A DNA stretch of 57,021 nt, the filler included, from Basidiobolus ranarum (taxonomy: Eukaryota): NCBI GenBank assembly GCA_040143965.1. It is 5 parts of 5 records of this genome, joined end to end, with 100 filler letters (N's around TTAATTAATTAA, not from the genome) between each part and the next. Parts side by side here need not be neighbours in the genome. Positions count along the whole stretch, not along the records: positions 11,440 to 22,773 come from JASJQH010000621.1; positions 22,874 to 34,199 come from JASJQH010000622.1; 3 more parts are not named here. One strand, written 5' to 3'. A program made the translations under genes and the position numbers. Below, one piece after another: positions 12,243 through 24,959 of the stretch. How positions within the stretch are numbered: the first letter of the stretch is position 1; every line of letters begins with the position of its first letter. The notes beneath the pieces were generated by a model. It was not told where the DNA came from and ran no database searches. It saw only the letters and a program-made list of their open reading frames with translations.

Positions 12243-13165
12243 ATGTCTTTGGTAAGATTCACTCCCTTACTCTGGGCGTTACTGGTGGTTGCCCAAGATA
12301 CTTCTAATCCCAATTTAACCTCACTTGAGCCGTCACCCCAACCTGATGAAAATAGTAAGCATTGGTATTTTGAGATATTTATTTGGTTATACGCCTTCTC
12401 ATACTTTACTCTTCATCATAGAAGAAAATCTCCGATTTTTACTGGATCCACAAACTGGTACCCTCGGAGCTCTATCTATATTGATTGGATTCTTATTTTG
12501 TTTCTTTGGGAAAAGATTATTTAGAATTGTACTCTTTGTCACTGGATTCGTAACTTTTGGCAAGTGAGAATTTCTAAAATTTGGATGACCAGAATTAATC
12601 AGATTAACCACATTTATCGTTAGGTTTGATCACTTTCATTCTATGTACACGTTTCTCCTCACAAGTAAATGAAACCAGTCAAACATTCCCCCAATCCACT
12701 TTATTCCTGATCATTGGGTTGGTTACGGGAATAGCGGGTGGCTTTCTGTTCATGTGTCTATGGCAAGTGGGAGCTGCTATGGTAGGAGGAATGTTGGGCT
12801 TTTGCGTTGCTATGACGATTCTTTCATTAACAAGTGAAGGGTTAATACACAATGAAGTGGGAAGATGGATCCTTATTGCCAGTTTCTCGATCATTGGTAT
12901 GATATTGGTTGCTTTCTATGAGTCGGATATCGTTATAATTGGTACAGCTTTTGCTGGCGCGTATCATATAGCCATGGGTGCGGACGTGTTTATTCAAACC
13001 GGTTTCACGCGTACAATTAAATCTTTCCTAGGTGGTTCTACACATCTCGCCTATAAAGCCACTCCACCAGTTTACGGGGTCCTGATATCCATGATATTGG
13101 TGTTTGGATTGGGACTATATGTCCAATACAGTAGTCAGCGTCGGTTGGTTTATGTAAAAGGCTAG
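12243..13165 (+). CDS. TMEM198/TM7S3-like (DUF4203) multi-pass membrane protein, 3 exons
   Basis: Signal-like N-terminus; GFLFCFFGKRLFRIVLFVTGF; GAAMVGGMLGF; GTAFAGAY...GADVF; GLYVQY; introns 12356-12421 and 12560-12623. Confidence 0.8.
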
Positions 13166-14036
13166 GGCTGTGACAGCGACAAACCTCTTCATCCATCAAT
13201 CGGATCGTCTTTTCTCCATTTAAACGAAGACCAACCCATGAAATGAGAACAATGTCGTCTCGGCCAATGTTAAAAATTTTCCAATATTAAAGGTAGTAAA
13301 ATTAACTTTAATCACCAAAGTAAGGGGAGGAGAGTTAGATCACCTATATAAGGCAATGGACATATGAAGCATCTCGACCCATAGTATATTGATATAGCAT
13401 AATTAGTCCGTAACTGTTGCCTACCATTGACACTTCTACCGTTGAAGTTAATCTTCATCCATTGAATTAAAAGTATTCCAATATTAGTCAGTGCAATGAT
13501 CAGTCAACTTTCTTAAATATTCTGCACTTTCACCTCATTGAGAGACTACATGATTATGACATCATCATGACTAGCCGATGAAATCATTGTGAACCTATTT
13601 GCCACACAATGCACAAGGAGAATGTCACTATGATTTCCCCATTTCCTTATCGAGAAGGCCTGATGGTTAAATGAATTTCAATTCCATCAATTTGATTGGA
13701 GGAGAAGGGCAAGGGATGCGGCTTAAATCGAGATTTAATGAATAGCAATGAGGCATTGATCAGAAGTAAAATAGGTGTACATTTGAAGGAGTAAAGATAC
13801 TTTAGAATAGCAAAATGCTGGTCTGTGATTCGATGGATGAAGGAGGTGGATTAATGGGGATATGTACAACGGTTCTGACCAACTGACTACTAGTGAAGCG
13901 CAGGCGAAGAAAGCAAAAAATTACAATATGTGCAGGAGCTTGATGGATATTACACATTACATGCAACACAGGAAATATACAAATGAACGGAACTTTCACC
14001 CGATTGAATAGGAAAAGGGTATCAGCCAGACTTGAT

Positions 14037-15060
14037 TTAAATTTTACGAAAACATTCCAACTCTGCATCATCCCAACTAAAGAATTTTCCATGAAACTGA
14101 TGTGGAACGCCATCAGTTCCTAGCTTTGCAAGAATAAAGCCCACTTCATCTGGTCTCACCAAAATGCCATTCCGTTTCATAGATACAAACCCATTGTAGT
14201 CATTTCTAGACATATGTTTCGACCCTACAGGAATAGTTAGATGCTATCCTTGAATGAATAAAATGCTGATTTTGCTCTAATTACCAGTTTCTCGAATCAA
14301 TCTTTGGAAATCAGTATCGACTGCACCTGGATGAATTGCCGTACATCGAACCTCTGGCTCTTCAAGAGCCAATCCGTATGTAAACATATTCAATGCAGCT
14401 TTGGAGCTAAATATATGTGTTAAAACCACTGACATACTTGGCCATATGTATTTATCAGCATCCACTTACCAACAATAGGCTGCCCATCCAGGAAAAGCGA
14501 TCATAGCTGCACCGGAGCTGACCACGACACAGTTCCCTCGAGATTTTCTTAGTTCCGGTAGTGCTTTTTGGACCAAACTTATGATGGAGAAGAAGTTCAA
14601 TTCGAATAAGCTTTGAAAAAACTCTATGTTAATATCTCCTATAGGTACTATAAACGAGAGCTAACAAACCTTCTCCACTCGGTTTCCTTGATATCACACA
14701 AGCTCTTAATAGGGTCAATGGTACTGATGGAAGATAACGATAATGTGTGAGTTTTCGTTATAATGGTTGAATGGGATTTAGCAATACTGACCCTGCATTC
14801 AAGATAATACTATCGATTCTACCATACTTTTCAATCGTGTGATTTATAACTTTATCCAAATCCTTCTCTACCAATAGATCAGCTACAACGTATGAATAGT
14901 TCTCTGGAGTAGTGGTTTCCTCTTTCAAGCTCTGCAATAAGTTCTCTGTACGTGCAACACCAACAACACGAGCCCCTTGTTCTAGAGCTTCTAAAGTAAC
15001 AGCGCGACCTATTCCGCGTGAGGCTCCGGTAATTATGATTACTGGAGCAATAGTCGACAT
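14037..15060 (-). CDS. Short-chain dehydrogenase/reductase (sepiapterin/benzil reductase-like), multi-exon
   Basis: TGASRGIG Rossmann motif, IILNAG, VVSSGAA, WAAYC|SSKAA (YxxxK split by an intron), HPGAVDTDFQ, ends GKFFSWDDAELECFRKI*. Confidence 0.88.
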
Positions 15061-16576
15061 TGGTAACCACAAAGAAAAGTCCAATTTCAAATATGAAAGC
15101 TAGTTATCGGTCAGATTTACTATTCACTGTTAATTCGAATGGGTTATCAAGAAAGAAGGAGAGTAAGCGTTGCAAGTTTAATATGATGGGAAGGAATAGC
15201 TTCAGAGGAATTGAATCAGAGAAAATTACTCGATCAAGAAAATATTAGGAACATCAGTGGATTTTTAGCCTTGATAAATGTTTGATGAAGATACCGTCGT
15301 TACCCTACCCGACCCCATCCATATCATCTCATAGTTCGCACACTTGTATCACTGACCACTTCTGGTATTATTCGAGGGGAGATGAGGGCACCTACCCATG
15401 ATGTCATATCTGTGAGATCACGTCCAAAAGTTTAATGTATATAATCTGATCCAAATCCTGGATCAATATATGTCGGTATATGCTAAACGTGGAGTCTTTG
15501 ATCGAGGACAAGATCATCCCTAATTGTTATACGAATGGAAGGATCTTTACTTGGAGTTAAGAGGTGATTTCCTACCACTTTTGGGCAGTTCAGATCGTAT
15601 TCGTTATTCTGGGCCCATACTTAACTTACTCTGAAACATGAAAAGTTTCGCTGATATGAGTGGGCCCGTGCTTAGGGAAAAGTTCGAAATAGGTTGGAAT
15701 CGAACTCCTGACCTTTACATTGGCCAGAAATATTCTGATCGTTAGTTACGTCAGCTGTGTCACATATGTAAGATTTTGACGTAAATGATGGAATACTATC
15801 CAATCCATTATATTCCTGCATTTATTTTGGTGATATTATAGATTCATCGAAGTTTTTTTAAATCTGAGGAGTTTTTCAACATCACAACTGTCCAAGTGCT
15901 GGTGCACGGTGAATTCAGTTTGTATATATAAATATGATACTTTATCTTTAGATTTAATAGTAGCCATTATTAATTGCCTTCTCTATTAGTAATCATGTTT
16001 AATAAATCTTCATCTTATTTATCATTCAATTGTTCATATAATATATCTTTCTGTCTTTCCATTTCTATCCTTTTCTACCTTATAATTTTTCTTATCTATT
16101 TCATCAATTAGTAAGCAGTTTGTTCTTAGTCATTCTAATTCAATCACATCAGCATTGCCAACACATCATTCATCCTAGACTTACCAGCATACTACTCTCT
16201 AATTGAATCATGGTCCTAGTGATCCTTTTATTTGGCGCTTTCCAGTTTATATTGCTACAAAAGTAACATTAAAATTAATGGTATCTTTTGGTTTAGTATA
16301 TATCACGATAAAAATAATCTTCCAACTCACTATTCATTATCTCCTAGCAGACAACATAACATCTCCCTAGTTTTGATTTGTAGAGCTAGTACTCTAGCAA
16401 CAACATAACACTAAGCCTAGCTGTGCTACAAATTAACTCTCTAAGTGTAAAATAGCTAGTTGCTACTGTACTCAAGTCTCATATTAGCTTAGATCAGCTC
16501 TGATAATTCTTCTTGCTCAAACAGTTCAGAGATCGATTGAGAAAATGTGGGCCTTGTAAGGGATATTTAAGAAATG

Positions 16577-16884
16577 TGTTGAAAGCGACATAACTATACA
16601 GTCATATATCTAAGTATCATTATGTTGCTATTCAATATCTTCATTCGGAATTTATTTAGAATATATTTACCAACTTGGAGGTTCTCAGATTATGTGATTT
16701 TCTCAAACGGGTCCAAGAGACCCCAAACTTTGTACACATGTTCCTGATATCTCCTATATGTCGGTTTGTCTACTTCTTGACAAAAGTATATATGTCCACT
16801 TACCCTCAATAAGTGAGCAAGTGAAGAGCCACCAATTCTTCTAGTTCTCTAAATTACTTCCAACAACTCCCAAAATGCTTCCAA
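16577..16884 (+). mobile_element. Diverged Copia-type LTR, preceded by degenerate internal sequence
   Basis: Starts TGTTGAAA; shares blocks CCCCAAACTTTGTACACATGTTCCTGA, TTGACAAAA and CCACCAATT...ACTTCCAACA with the contig-5 LTRs. Confidence 0.6.
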
Positions 16885-17822
16885 AAAATGAAGTCATAAA
16901 TGACTTGAGAGATTATATATCTTCTTGACATGGAACTAAATATTTATACTTTTGGATGAAAATAGAGAAGGAAAGAAATAGGTGTATTTTCAGAACATCA
17001 GTGGGAGCAAAATGAGATATTTTGAGGTCATTTTGGATAACTCTGAAATTGCAAGTATGACATTGCTAATTTTTGGATAATGCACACATATACTAAAAGT
17101 ATGTTTTGATGTACAGCCAAGCCATATTGGATTAAACAATAGTGACTAACTTGGATGTGATATAAGGAGTAGTTAGATCCATAAAGATAGGGATAGCCGA
17201 TATGATAAAGATAATAGATTTCAACAAGATTTTGCACTTTACAGTTTTGTTGGTTCATTAAAGTTCAAGATTTTTTACTACTTTTCTCTTGGACACAACA
17301 GAAGCAATGGATTAACTGAAATATTACAAAGAGGAGTGTACGCTACATAAATAGGAAAATATATACTACAAGTCGCTCGGAGTATGGAGTAATATCTGGA
17401 AGAGTTTTAAATATGCGAGAAATTACAACTTCAGGATTCAAGTTGAAACAAGAGTAAAAATTACAAGCAAAGATTCTCATTCCGATCTGCCACCCTATTC
17501 CTGAATACATAGGAATACACAACTACTGTTAGTCGCTTCAATGAATAAATAGATTCATGACATATGGATCTTCTGAGCAACGGCCCCAATGATATTAAAC
17601 AGTGTATTGTACTCCGAGATGATAACAAAAATACTAAATATATGACCTATGATTACACAATTTCTCAGACTCGTGTATTGTAATTATTAGGAAATTTCAA
17701 CATACAAGAAGTCAATTAATAAACCGGAAGAAGGTATATCCTATGCTGTGGCAGCGTTAAGGTAGTTCTAGATATCTCAGGCCTCCTTACTGCAGGAAAC
17801 TAAGAGAACTCCAACAATATAA

Positions 17823-17876
17823 GTCAATTGTGCAGATCTCTTGATGCAATCTGCACAATTGACACATCAAGGAGAT
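17823..17876. repeat. Perfect 15-bp inverted repeat with an interleaved second inverted repeat
   Basis: GTCAATTGTGCAGAT (17823-17837) / ATCTGCACAATTGAC (17849-17863); ATCTCTTGATG pairs with CATCAAGGAGAT (17865-17876). Confidence 0.8.
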
Positions 17877-18732
17877 AATGTATTAGCAATCGAACAGTCA
17901 GATATACTTCATGGTGAATAGTACAGCAGTCCGGAGATAATATTTCTCTTGACTGCTGAATATATGTTGCTGCCATACATATACTCGTGATATAAAACTG
18001 TTGCTGGTCATTGATAGCACCTATTAGAGAACAATTCCTCGAAGATGGTTGGTGTAGTGATATAACGTTTGCTTTGCTAGATAAAAAAATTCCTCCATAG
18101 AAGGCTGAAAACGGCTGATATTATGGTTAAAACGTGGTACTTTGTAGAGATATCATTTGACCAACTGAAGGCTCTCTTACCGTCTTGAGAAATAGTTCCC
18201 GAAAACGTTTGAAAGGAAAATTGGAAGAAAGCGAAGAGTAAATATCAGTTCAATTCCCATCATATTGGGGTTAGGGTTATGAGATCAACAAACAGAGAAC
18301 CATAATAACCATATTTATATCTATACCATTTTTATCTCGTCATATGAGTTGTTGGCATGTTGTGCTCAAGCAAACATTAATGCTGAAAATATAACACTCC
18401 AATAGGGAGCACAAATGGTCCGGTTGTACATATATATGGAGGGAGTTGAAGTCCTAATTCAGTCATCAAATATCACGGAGAATTGCTTAAGGTTGCTTCA
18501 CTACAGTTGCTTCACCGAAATAACTGTAATACACTAATTGAGTGGTGACGGTAGGACATCCCTGCCACAGCATTTGTACAGCATTTGAGTGGAAATAAAA
18601 TCGTTATTTCATTCCAGTTCCTTACTAAATCGAGTTACTGAGAATGTGATACAGCTTCTTTTTGTATAACTTTACAAAGCGATAAATACTCAGATTGGCC
18701 TAATGAACATCAATCAATCAGGTTCTTTCAAG

Positions 18733-19890
18733 ATGCGCGGATTAAATAGCCTTTGGATCTCACTCGCCATTACAGCCTCAGCAGTGGTTGCTCAGTCTAA
18801 CAGCAACTCTAAAGTCGTTGAAATCGGCCCTGACTATAATGTTTTGTCTGAGCCATTTTCTAGAGAAGTGGATGAGCCCTTCTCTAAAACAAAATCTGGA
18901 TCTAAAACTTTCGAGAATATCGGAGAGGCCGCCTTCATCGTGTACAACAAAAGGTTTTACGACATAATTGGTACTCAACCTAACCTTACCGTGGTTGCTG
19001 AAAAGGATTTCTCTTTCGCTCACGAAGCTGGTATCTACGTAGAAAAAACCAACGAAATTATGTTCACCAGCAATCGTTTGGGTGATACTTCCGGTACTGA
19101 CCAATACGCCGATGTCTATAAGATGAGCGTTGACACTTTCGAGGTCACCAAGATCTCGCCAAGTATTGATATCAACCTTGCCAACGGTGGCACTTTTTAT
19201 GATGGCAAAGCTATCATCGTCGGCCAAGGTAAGGGTAGCTTGGGAGCTGCTATTTACTCAGTTGACCCAGTTACCTACGAAACCAAAGTTATCTTGAATA
19301 ACTTTTTCGGACTTAAATTTAATTCCCTAAACGACGTTGCCGTTTCACGTAAGGATGGTTCTTTCTGGTTCACTGACCCTTCTTATGGTTTCGAACAGAA
19401 GTTCCGTCAGCAGCCTCAGTTGGGTGATTTTGTTTATCGTTGGGACCCTAAGACTGGTGACGTTCGTTTGGTAGCCGATGGCTTTGTCAAGCCAAATGGC
19501 TTCCAATTCTCACCTGATGAGAATATTGCTTATGTTTCCGACACTGGCTTCACTACCGGGGTTGGCCAGACTGACGTCAAGAGACCACATACCGTGTACG
19601 CATTTGATGTTTCTCGTAAAAGTGGCGGCTCTGTATTCCTCACTAACCGTAGAGTATTTGCTTTGAGTGATACTGGAATCCCTGACGGCATTAAACTTGA
19701 TATCAAGGGCAACTTGTACATTGGATCTGGTGATGGTGTCAATGTCTATGCCCCTGATGGTACACTTCTTGGTAAAATCAATACCATTAAATGTGCTAAT
19801 CTTGTATTCGCTAAGGATGATTTGTTCATATTATCCGAGAACAAAATCTACCACACAAAATTGAATACCCAAGGAGTAATGTTAAACTAA
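18733..19890 (+). CDS. Secreted SMP-30/gluconolactonase-family lactonohydrolase (beta-propeller), intronless
   Basis: Signal MRGLNSLWISLAITASAVVA; FAHEAG, NSLNDV, FWFTDPSYG, KPNGFQFSPDE..AYVSDTG and GIPDGIKLDIKGNLY motifs. Confidence 0.9.
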   Translation: MRGLNSLWISLAITASAVVAQSNSNSKVVEIGPDYNVLSEPFSREVDEPFSKTKSGSKTFENIGEAAFIVYNKRFYDIIGTQPNLTVVAEKDFSFAHEAGIYVEKTNEIMFTSNRLGDTSGTDQYADVYKMSVDTFEVTKISPSIDINLANGGTFYDGKAIIVGQGKGSLGAAIYSVDPVTYETKVILNNFFGLKFNSLNDVAVSRKDGSFWFTDPSYGFEQKFRQQPQLGDFVYRWDPKTGDVRLVADGFVKPNGFQFSPDENIAYVSDTGFTTGVGQTDVKRPHTVYAFDVSRKSGGSVFLTNRRVFALSDTGIPDGIKLDIKGNLYIGSGDGVNVYAPDGTLLGKINTIKCANLVFAKDDLFILSENKIYHTKLNTQGVMLN

Positions 19891-20988
19891 GCGCAAATAT
19901 AAATGGTTTATTGACGCTCCTATTACCACGAGAATTTGTGTTCAATTGTTTTCCCACTATTATTCCCCTAATAAAATCTACTTTGAACATGTTACATAAG
20001 GGTTACAGGACACAGTATTGATCAAGCTAGGCCATTTTGACCATTTTGATCGCACTAAGACGTGTGATTCATTTGGAGAGGTTCTCGAAGGAAGATTAAT
20101 TTTGGATGGACTAATCGGATAAGTGTTCTAACTAATTTGGAGAGCAAATAGAGCAACTATCGATCTAGAAAGTCAACAAAGAAGCTGCTTTTTAGCGTTA
20201 GACTCGTCAAGTTCAGCAGAAGGAGAGTGGTAAATGCAAAGTTGATTCGTTGTAAGATTTCTACTAAGCAACTAATAAATAGATCAATAAAAATAGGAAG
20301 TTACCTAGGTTACCTAATAAATAACGTGGACTTCCCAAACAAAGATGAAGCTAATATCAGAGAGATCCAATAGGCAGCACTGCAGGGTGTGAACATCCGC
20401 ATCGCCATATAGGTGAATGTTGCATGCATCAGATATAAGCAATCGTGTCTAGCCTAGTATATATCCCAACTAGGCTATCAATCGCATCTGCTATACAGAG
20501 ACACAGAGAAATGCTATGAGTCAAACCATTCTGATTTTGATCGACTGACATCCAGTAGCACTGCCTATTCTGATGTATTATATGTTGGTATTTTCAACAA
20601 TCAACCCATTAATTTCACATTCTGAGACCTAACCAAATTTTATAGCTTTTTGCTAACAATAATCAGCTTTTCAATTTTTAGGCTAAAAATATCTTTCCTG
20701 ATTCACCCGGGTGCACTATATTTCCGAGTGAAAAATACCGGAAGGATGTGTACTGAAATGAAAAATATCGGGGTGAATTATACTCTAACTTTAAATACTA
20801 GAATCAATGCAATATTATTTCTTCAAATAGATATTGGTTTACACCTTTAATAGGTGAAATAACTAAGCAATTGGAGTACATGTATTTGCTGGTTTCTAAT
20901 ACAGAGTTACCGAACGATTGGAATTCAGTGTAAGAATCTCTTGGTTTTGTTTTATTGCATCCCAAGTTGTAAACTATCGGGTATACCA

Positions 20989-21384
20989 TTATAAATCAGT
21001 ATCAATGGTATAGGACAGAGCGCTGGCAGAGACCTGCACACCATTCTTTCTTCTAGAAGCGTTAGCATAGTATACAACTACATCAACAGTGCCACTAATC
21101 CCTGTGTATTGGTCTCCTGTCTGATAATAGTTCATAAGATCCCAACCCCAAATATCACTACAGTGATACGTAGGACCTCTGTTGACCATGCTATCCCAAG
21201 TGTTCTTGGCATTGAATGCCCATCTGTCAGCACATTTATATCCCGGGCCATTGGAGAAATCCATGTAGGCATCTCCTCCCGGAACAAAATAGGTGCCCTT
21301 AGAAGTTAGGTAGAAGTGCCATGGTGCGGCAGTCTCACTGTTGAGGAGAAATCCAGCGGCAAGAATCAAAGAGGACAATTTCAT
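20989..21384 (-). CDS. Small secreted protein of unknown function (131 aa, 2 Cys, Trp/Tyr-rich)
   Basis: MKLSSLILAAGFLLNSETAA signal-like leader followed by a compact aromatic-rich mature region; intronless. Confidence 0.6.
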   Translation of the reverse strand: MKLSSLILAAGFLLNSETAAPWHFYLTSKGTYFVPGGDAYMDFSNGPGYKCADRWAFNAKNTWDSMVNRGPTYHCSDIWGWDLMNYYQTGDQYTGISGTVDVVVYYANASRRKNGVQVSASALSYTIDTDL

Positions 21385-22594
21385 TGTAGGAGTTATGGAG
21401 ATGTTCGAATGATACTCACTCTGGAGCAAAAGATATCTCTTGTATACGATTCGGAAGTCCAAAACGATGGTAAAAGTAAAAATTGATATGGATAGGTGAT
21501 ATACACGAGGAGTAGGGATTGCCAGTGTGATAAAGATTGTAGCACAATACCAAGTCTATGGTTGCGAATAATCTTATATTTAGCCTAGCCTAGCCCAGCA
21601 AAGCTATATTCCTCTGTATGGTAACTCGTTCTTTAACAGAGCATGGTTCACTTAATATGGTACCATGCTCAATTGATTACTTTACCAAGAGACAATATTG
21701 GTCAATGACTGAGCAATTGGTAAAGCTGTTCAATGGGTGAAAATATTTTATCTATGTGAGCTTGTCGTAGCAGCCATTTTTAGTGAAGTGTGCTGAGTAT
21801 TGCCTCATTTGGCCTTCTCTCATGCAACTTCAATTTGAAAGGCTTTAAGGCTGTCCTACAGAATAACATGAATTTGGGAAATTTGATCACTACTGTATTC
21901 TTCCCAAAGTCATCAAATTGCTGCGCTTGAAAGCAGTTTTGTCACACTATAGAATCCAATATTTTATCAAAGGCGTGCAGCACTTGGTATGTATAGTACT
22001 GACCCGAAAATATCTTCTGTACACAAGAATGCAGCTAATTTCAAGTGAGTTAATCTGAACCAACATTTGAAATGATAACAAACTTTTCATTATCAATTCA
22101 GATCTTGTAGAATCAATATGTCACATTAGCACGTCAGTCCTAGGTATGCACTTAAGTATCAATGTAAGAATCAGTTTAATCCTGATGGTAAGGCCATAAG
22201 TAGTAGGCACATGTTTTTCAAAACTTTAGTAGTTAGTTTAGTAATGACCACATACATCCAAAATTCCATAAACAAGTATAGCAATTCAGAATCTCATTTA
22301 CAATGGAATATATAATTATAAATCAAATAGGTCAGGCCTTTGCCGAAGAAATCAGTAGTTATATTCAATTCCAAAGTACAGAAGAGAAGGGATAACCGTA
22401 GCAAGTTTGATGACAAACAAGATATGCTCATCCATTTTTTAGACCAATGTGACAAATTCGATCACCAGATGAAATATTTAGAACAATGCAGTTTTGATTG
22501 CACAAAAGAACTCAAGGAGGGATACGACCAATGAGACTTTATTATCCGCTGCGCTGGAAATTACTGGCATGCCAAATATTTCAACAACTTTATG

Positions 22595-22656
22595 ACAAAT
22601 AATAATTGTAGTTTCTTTATTTACAAATAATAATTGTAGTTTCTTTATTTACAAAT
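22595..22656. repeat. 28-bp perfect tandem duplication
   Basis: ACAAATAATAATTGTAGTTTCTTTATTT x2 plus ACAAAT. Confidence 0.85.
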
Positions 22657-22773
22657 CATGTGAACTAAATATCATAAAATACTTTTTGTCAACCTAGGCC
22701 TAAACTCTAATATACCTCTTAAATAACTAAACTCGAAAATAAACGGAGATTCTTTTCATACAATTTGTCTACA

Positions 22774-22873
22774 NNNNNNNNNNNNNNNNNNNNNNNNNNN
22801 NNNNNNNNNNNNNNNNNTTAATTAATTAANNNNNNNNNNNNNNNNNNNNNNNNNNNNNNNNNNNNNNNNNNNN
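22774..22873. other. Artificial contig-joining spacer
   Basis: N44-TTAATTAATTAA-N44. Confidence 0.98.
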
Positions 22874-24850
22874 ACTGATATCAATTCACCAAATAGTCAG
22901 TCTAACATCAAACTTGGTATTAGCCATAAGCCCAAGATTATATTGCTAAAGGGGATCAGCTGGAGCCAGAGCTTCCCATTAGGCACCATGCACTTACTAT
23001 TCAACAACATTCCAATACTACTTACTCAGCTATTTAGTGGAAAATTCAATATGAATGAGCCATTTGAGATAGGATCAAAGTTTGAATTGATTGGGAAAAT
23101 GCTTGAAAATGTCAAGATATCATCATATTTTACCAGGACTCCCATCAATATCCACTCATCTACGCATTTATTCAATGTTAAAGACAGGAAGTATTGGATT
23201 TGTATATATTCAAGTGGAATTTTGAAAAGATTTCTGCTTGATAAGTATTGGCAACGTTGGGAGTGGTTTGTGGATATTGCAAATAGTCAGTCTAACATCA
23301 AACTTGATATAGCCATAGGCCTGAGATTATATTGCTAAATGGGATCAGCTGAAGCCAGAGCTTCCCATTAAGCACTATGCACTTACTAATCAACAACATT
23401 CCGGTACTACTTACTCAGCTATATAGTGGAAAATTCAATATGAATGAGCCATTGGAGATAGGATCAAAGTTTGAATCAATTGGGAAAATGCTTGAAAATG
23501 TCAAGATATCATCATATTTTACCAGGACTCCCATCAATATTCACTCATCTAGGCATTTATGTGAATACAAAGACTGAATGTCTTGGATTTGTATATGTTC
23601 AAGTGAAATTTATAAAGATTTCTGCCTGATAGGCATTGGCAATATTGGGAGTTGTTTGTTGGTATTGTTAATATAGTCTTACAGCATCAATTCACATTGG
23701 CAGATCTCAGGTAGATACAGTGACTGTGCAAAGATTTTATAATTGGATATGAAAAACTTGATTACAGGTTTAAAGAAGATAGACTGAATCTATGCCAGTA
23801 TTCAATACACTCCATGCTGCTTCTTTATTAATGCTTAAAGATTATAGGCCCTTGCTATATATCCTGGGAGTTCCCAATGGAGTGCACATGTGGTGAAATG
23901 GTGCTCCAAGTGAAATTGTCAGTATTACCATATGCTAATCTGATTAAAAATGTATCAGCAAAATCAGTGATGGTTGCAATGAAATGGGTTAAGGGACTCC
24001 AGAGTATATTAACCTTGCAACAAAGGCTCTTTTGAATGTACTTGTGGGTTTTTGCATTGTTTGAGCATAATAACAGCAACAAAGCCCAATCCATGGACAC
24101 AGAGTAAGTAGCTCTATAATTTGGACTAATTTGTTTGTGTAATAAGCTGATGGTATTTTTAGGAATGCTACAAGATAGACTCTTTGATGAGATAGATCAT
24201 GATACATAGTATTATTGTTTTAGCCGTGGGGTAATCTACTGAAGCAATGACACATCTACTTGTGGCAGGACATTTGTTGATTGCAAGTAGTTGACATATT
24301 GGTGGAATTCTTTAAGGAAATTTGCTAACATCCAAGAGTATATTCTCTTTGTGAATGGTAACAAGAGTCAGCTATTTACCAAGTGTCAGTGCTATTTAAA
24401 ATTTCAGATGTTCAGCAATTTTTCCACAGTTACTTTGCTGGTAAAGCATATTGATGTTGTTGAGTTAGGTCTAATCAGTCAAGTATGTGCATATTCAGAG
24501 ACTAAACACAACAAGATTCTTGTATTTTTTGATTCTCATTGTGGCCAGAATACAAAGCCTAAAATTTCAAAATAAAGGCATGCATACTAATTCAAATTCC
24601 TACAGCAGTAAACCTAGTAATTTGCCATTTGGAAATTATATATTTGCAAAAATTGTTGGCTATTGAATAACAGATGCCAAATTTCAGAATCAAAATTTAT
24701 CATGTATGAATACCATCCAGAAACTGCCATCACATCATCAAAATACCTGGCAAAATGCAAGCTACCAATATTTTGACAGTTCTCTGATTGTTTTGCTATT
24801 TTGGAGGATGGATCTAATCCTGATAAATTGATTTTATTTTTGTTGGGGTG
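22874..24850 (+). mobile_element. Degenerate CACTA/EnSpm (Tnp2-type) transposase, C-terminal half plus 3' flank, with an internal ~390-bp tandem duplication
   Basis: Broken frames read FPL.TMHLLF.N, KYWICIYS, DKYWQ.WEWFV.I and GPCY..WEFPME(R>C)TCGEM; unit restarts AAATAGTCAGTCTAACATC at 22891 and 23281. Confidence 0.7.
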
Positions 24851-24959
24851 AATTGTCCTATAATTCCATATTGGCAAATGATGTCGTGGTTGATGAACTT
24901 GCAAACTGTTTCTGCTTTGTTGTTAGCAGTGCTTTGGCTTCCACCCATCCACTAAGTTC

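Noticed and set aside
15690-15715. tRNA B-box-like GGTCAGGAGTTCGATTCC on the minus strand
   Set aside because: No cloverleaf or A-box can be built around it; at most a decayed tRNA/SINE scrap
20701-20778. ATTCACCC...GGGTGAAT inverted pair as a MITE end
   Set aside because: Only ~8-bp arms, no TSD and no second copy in the window
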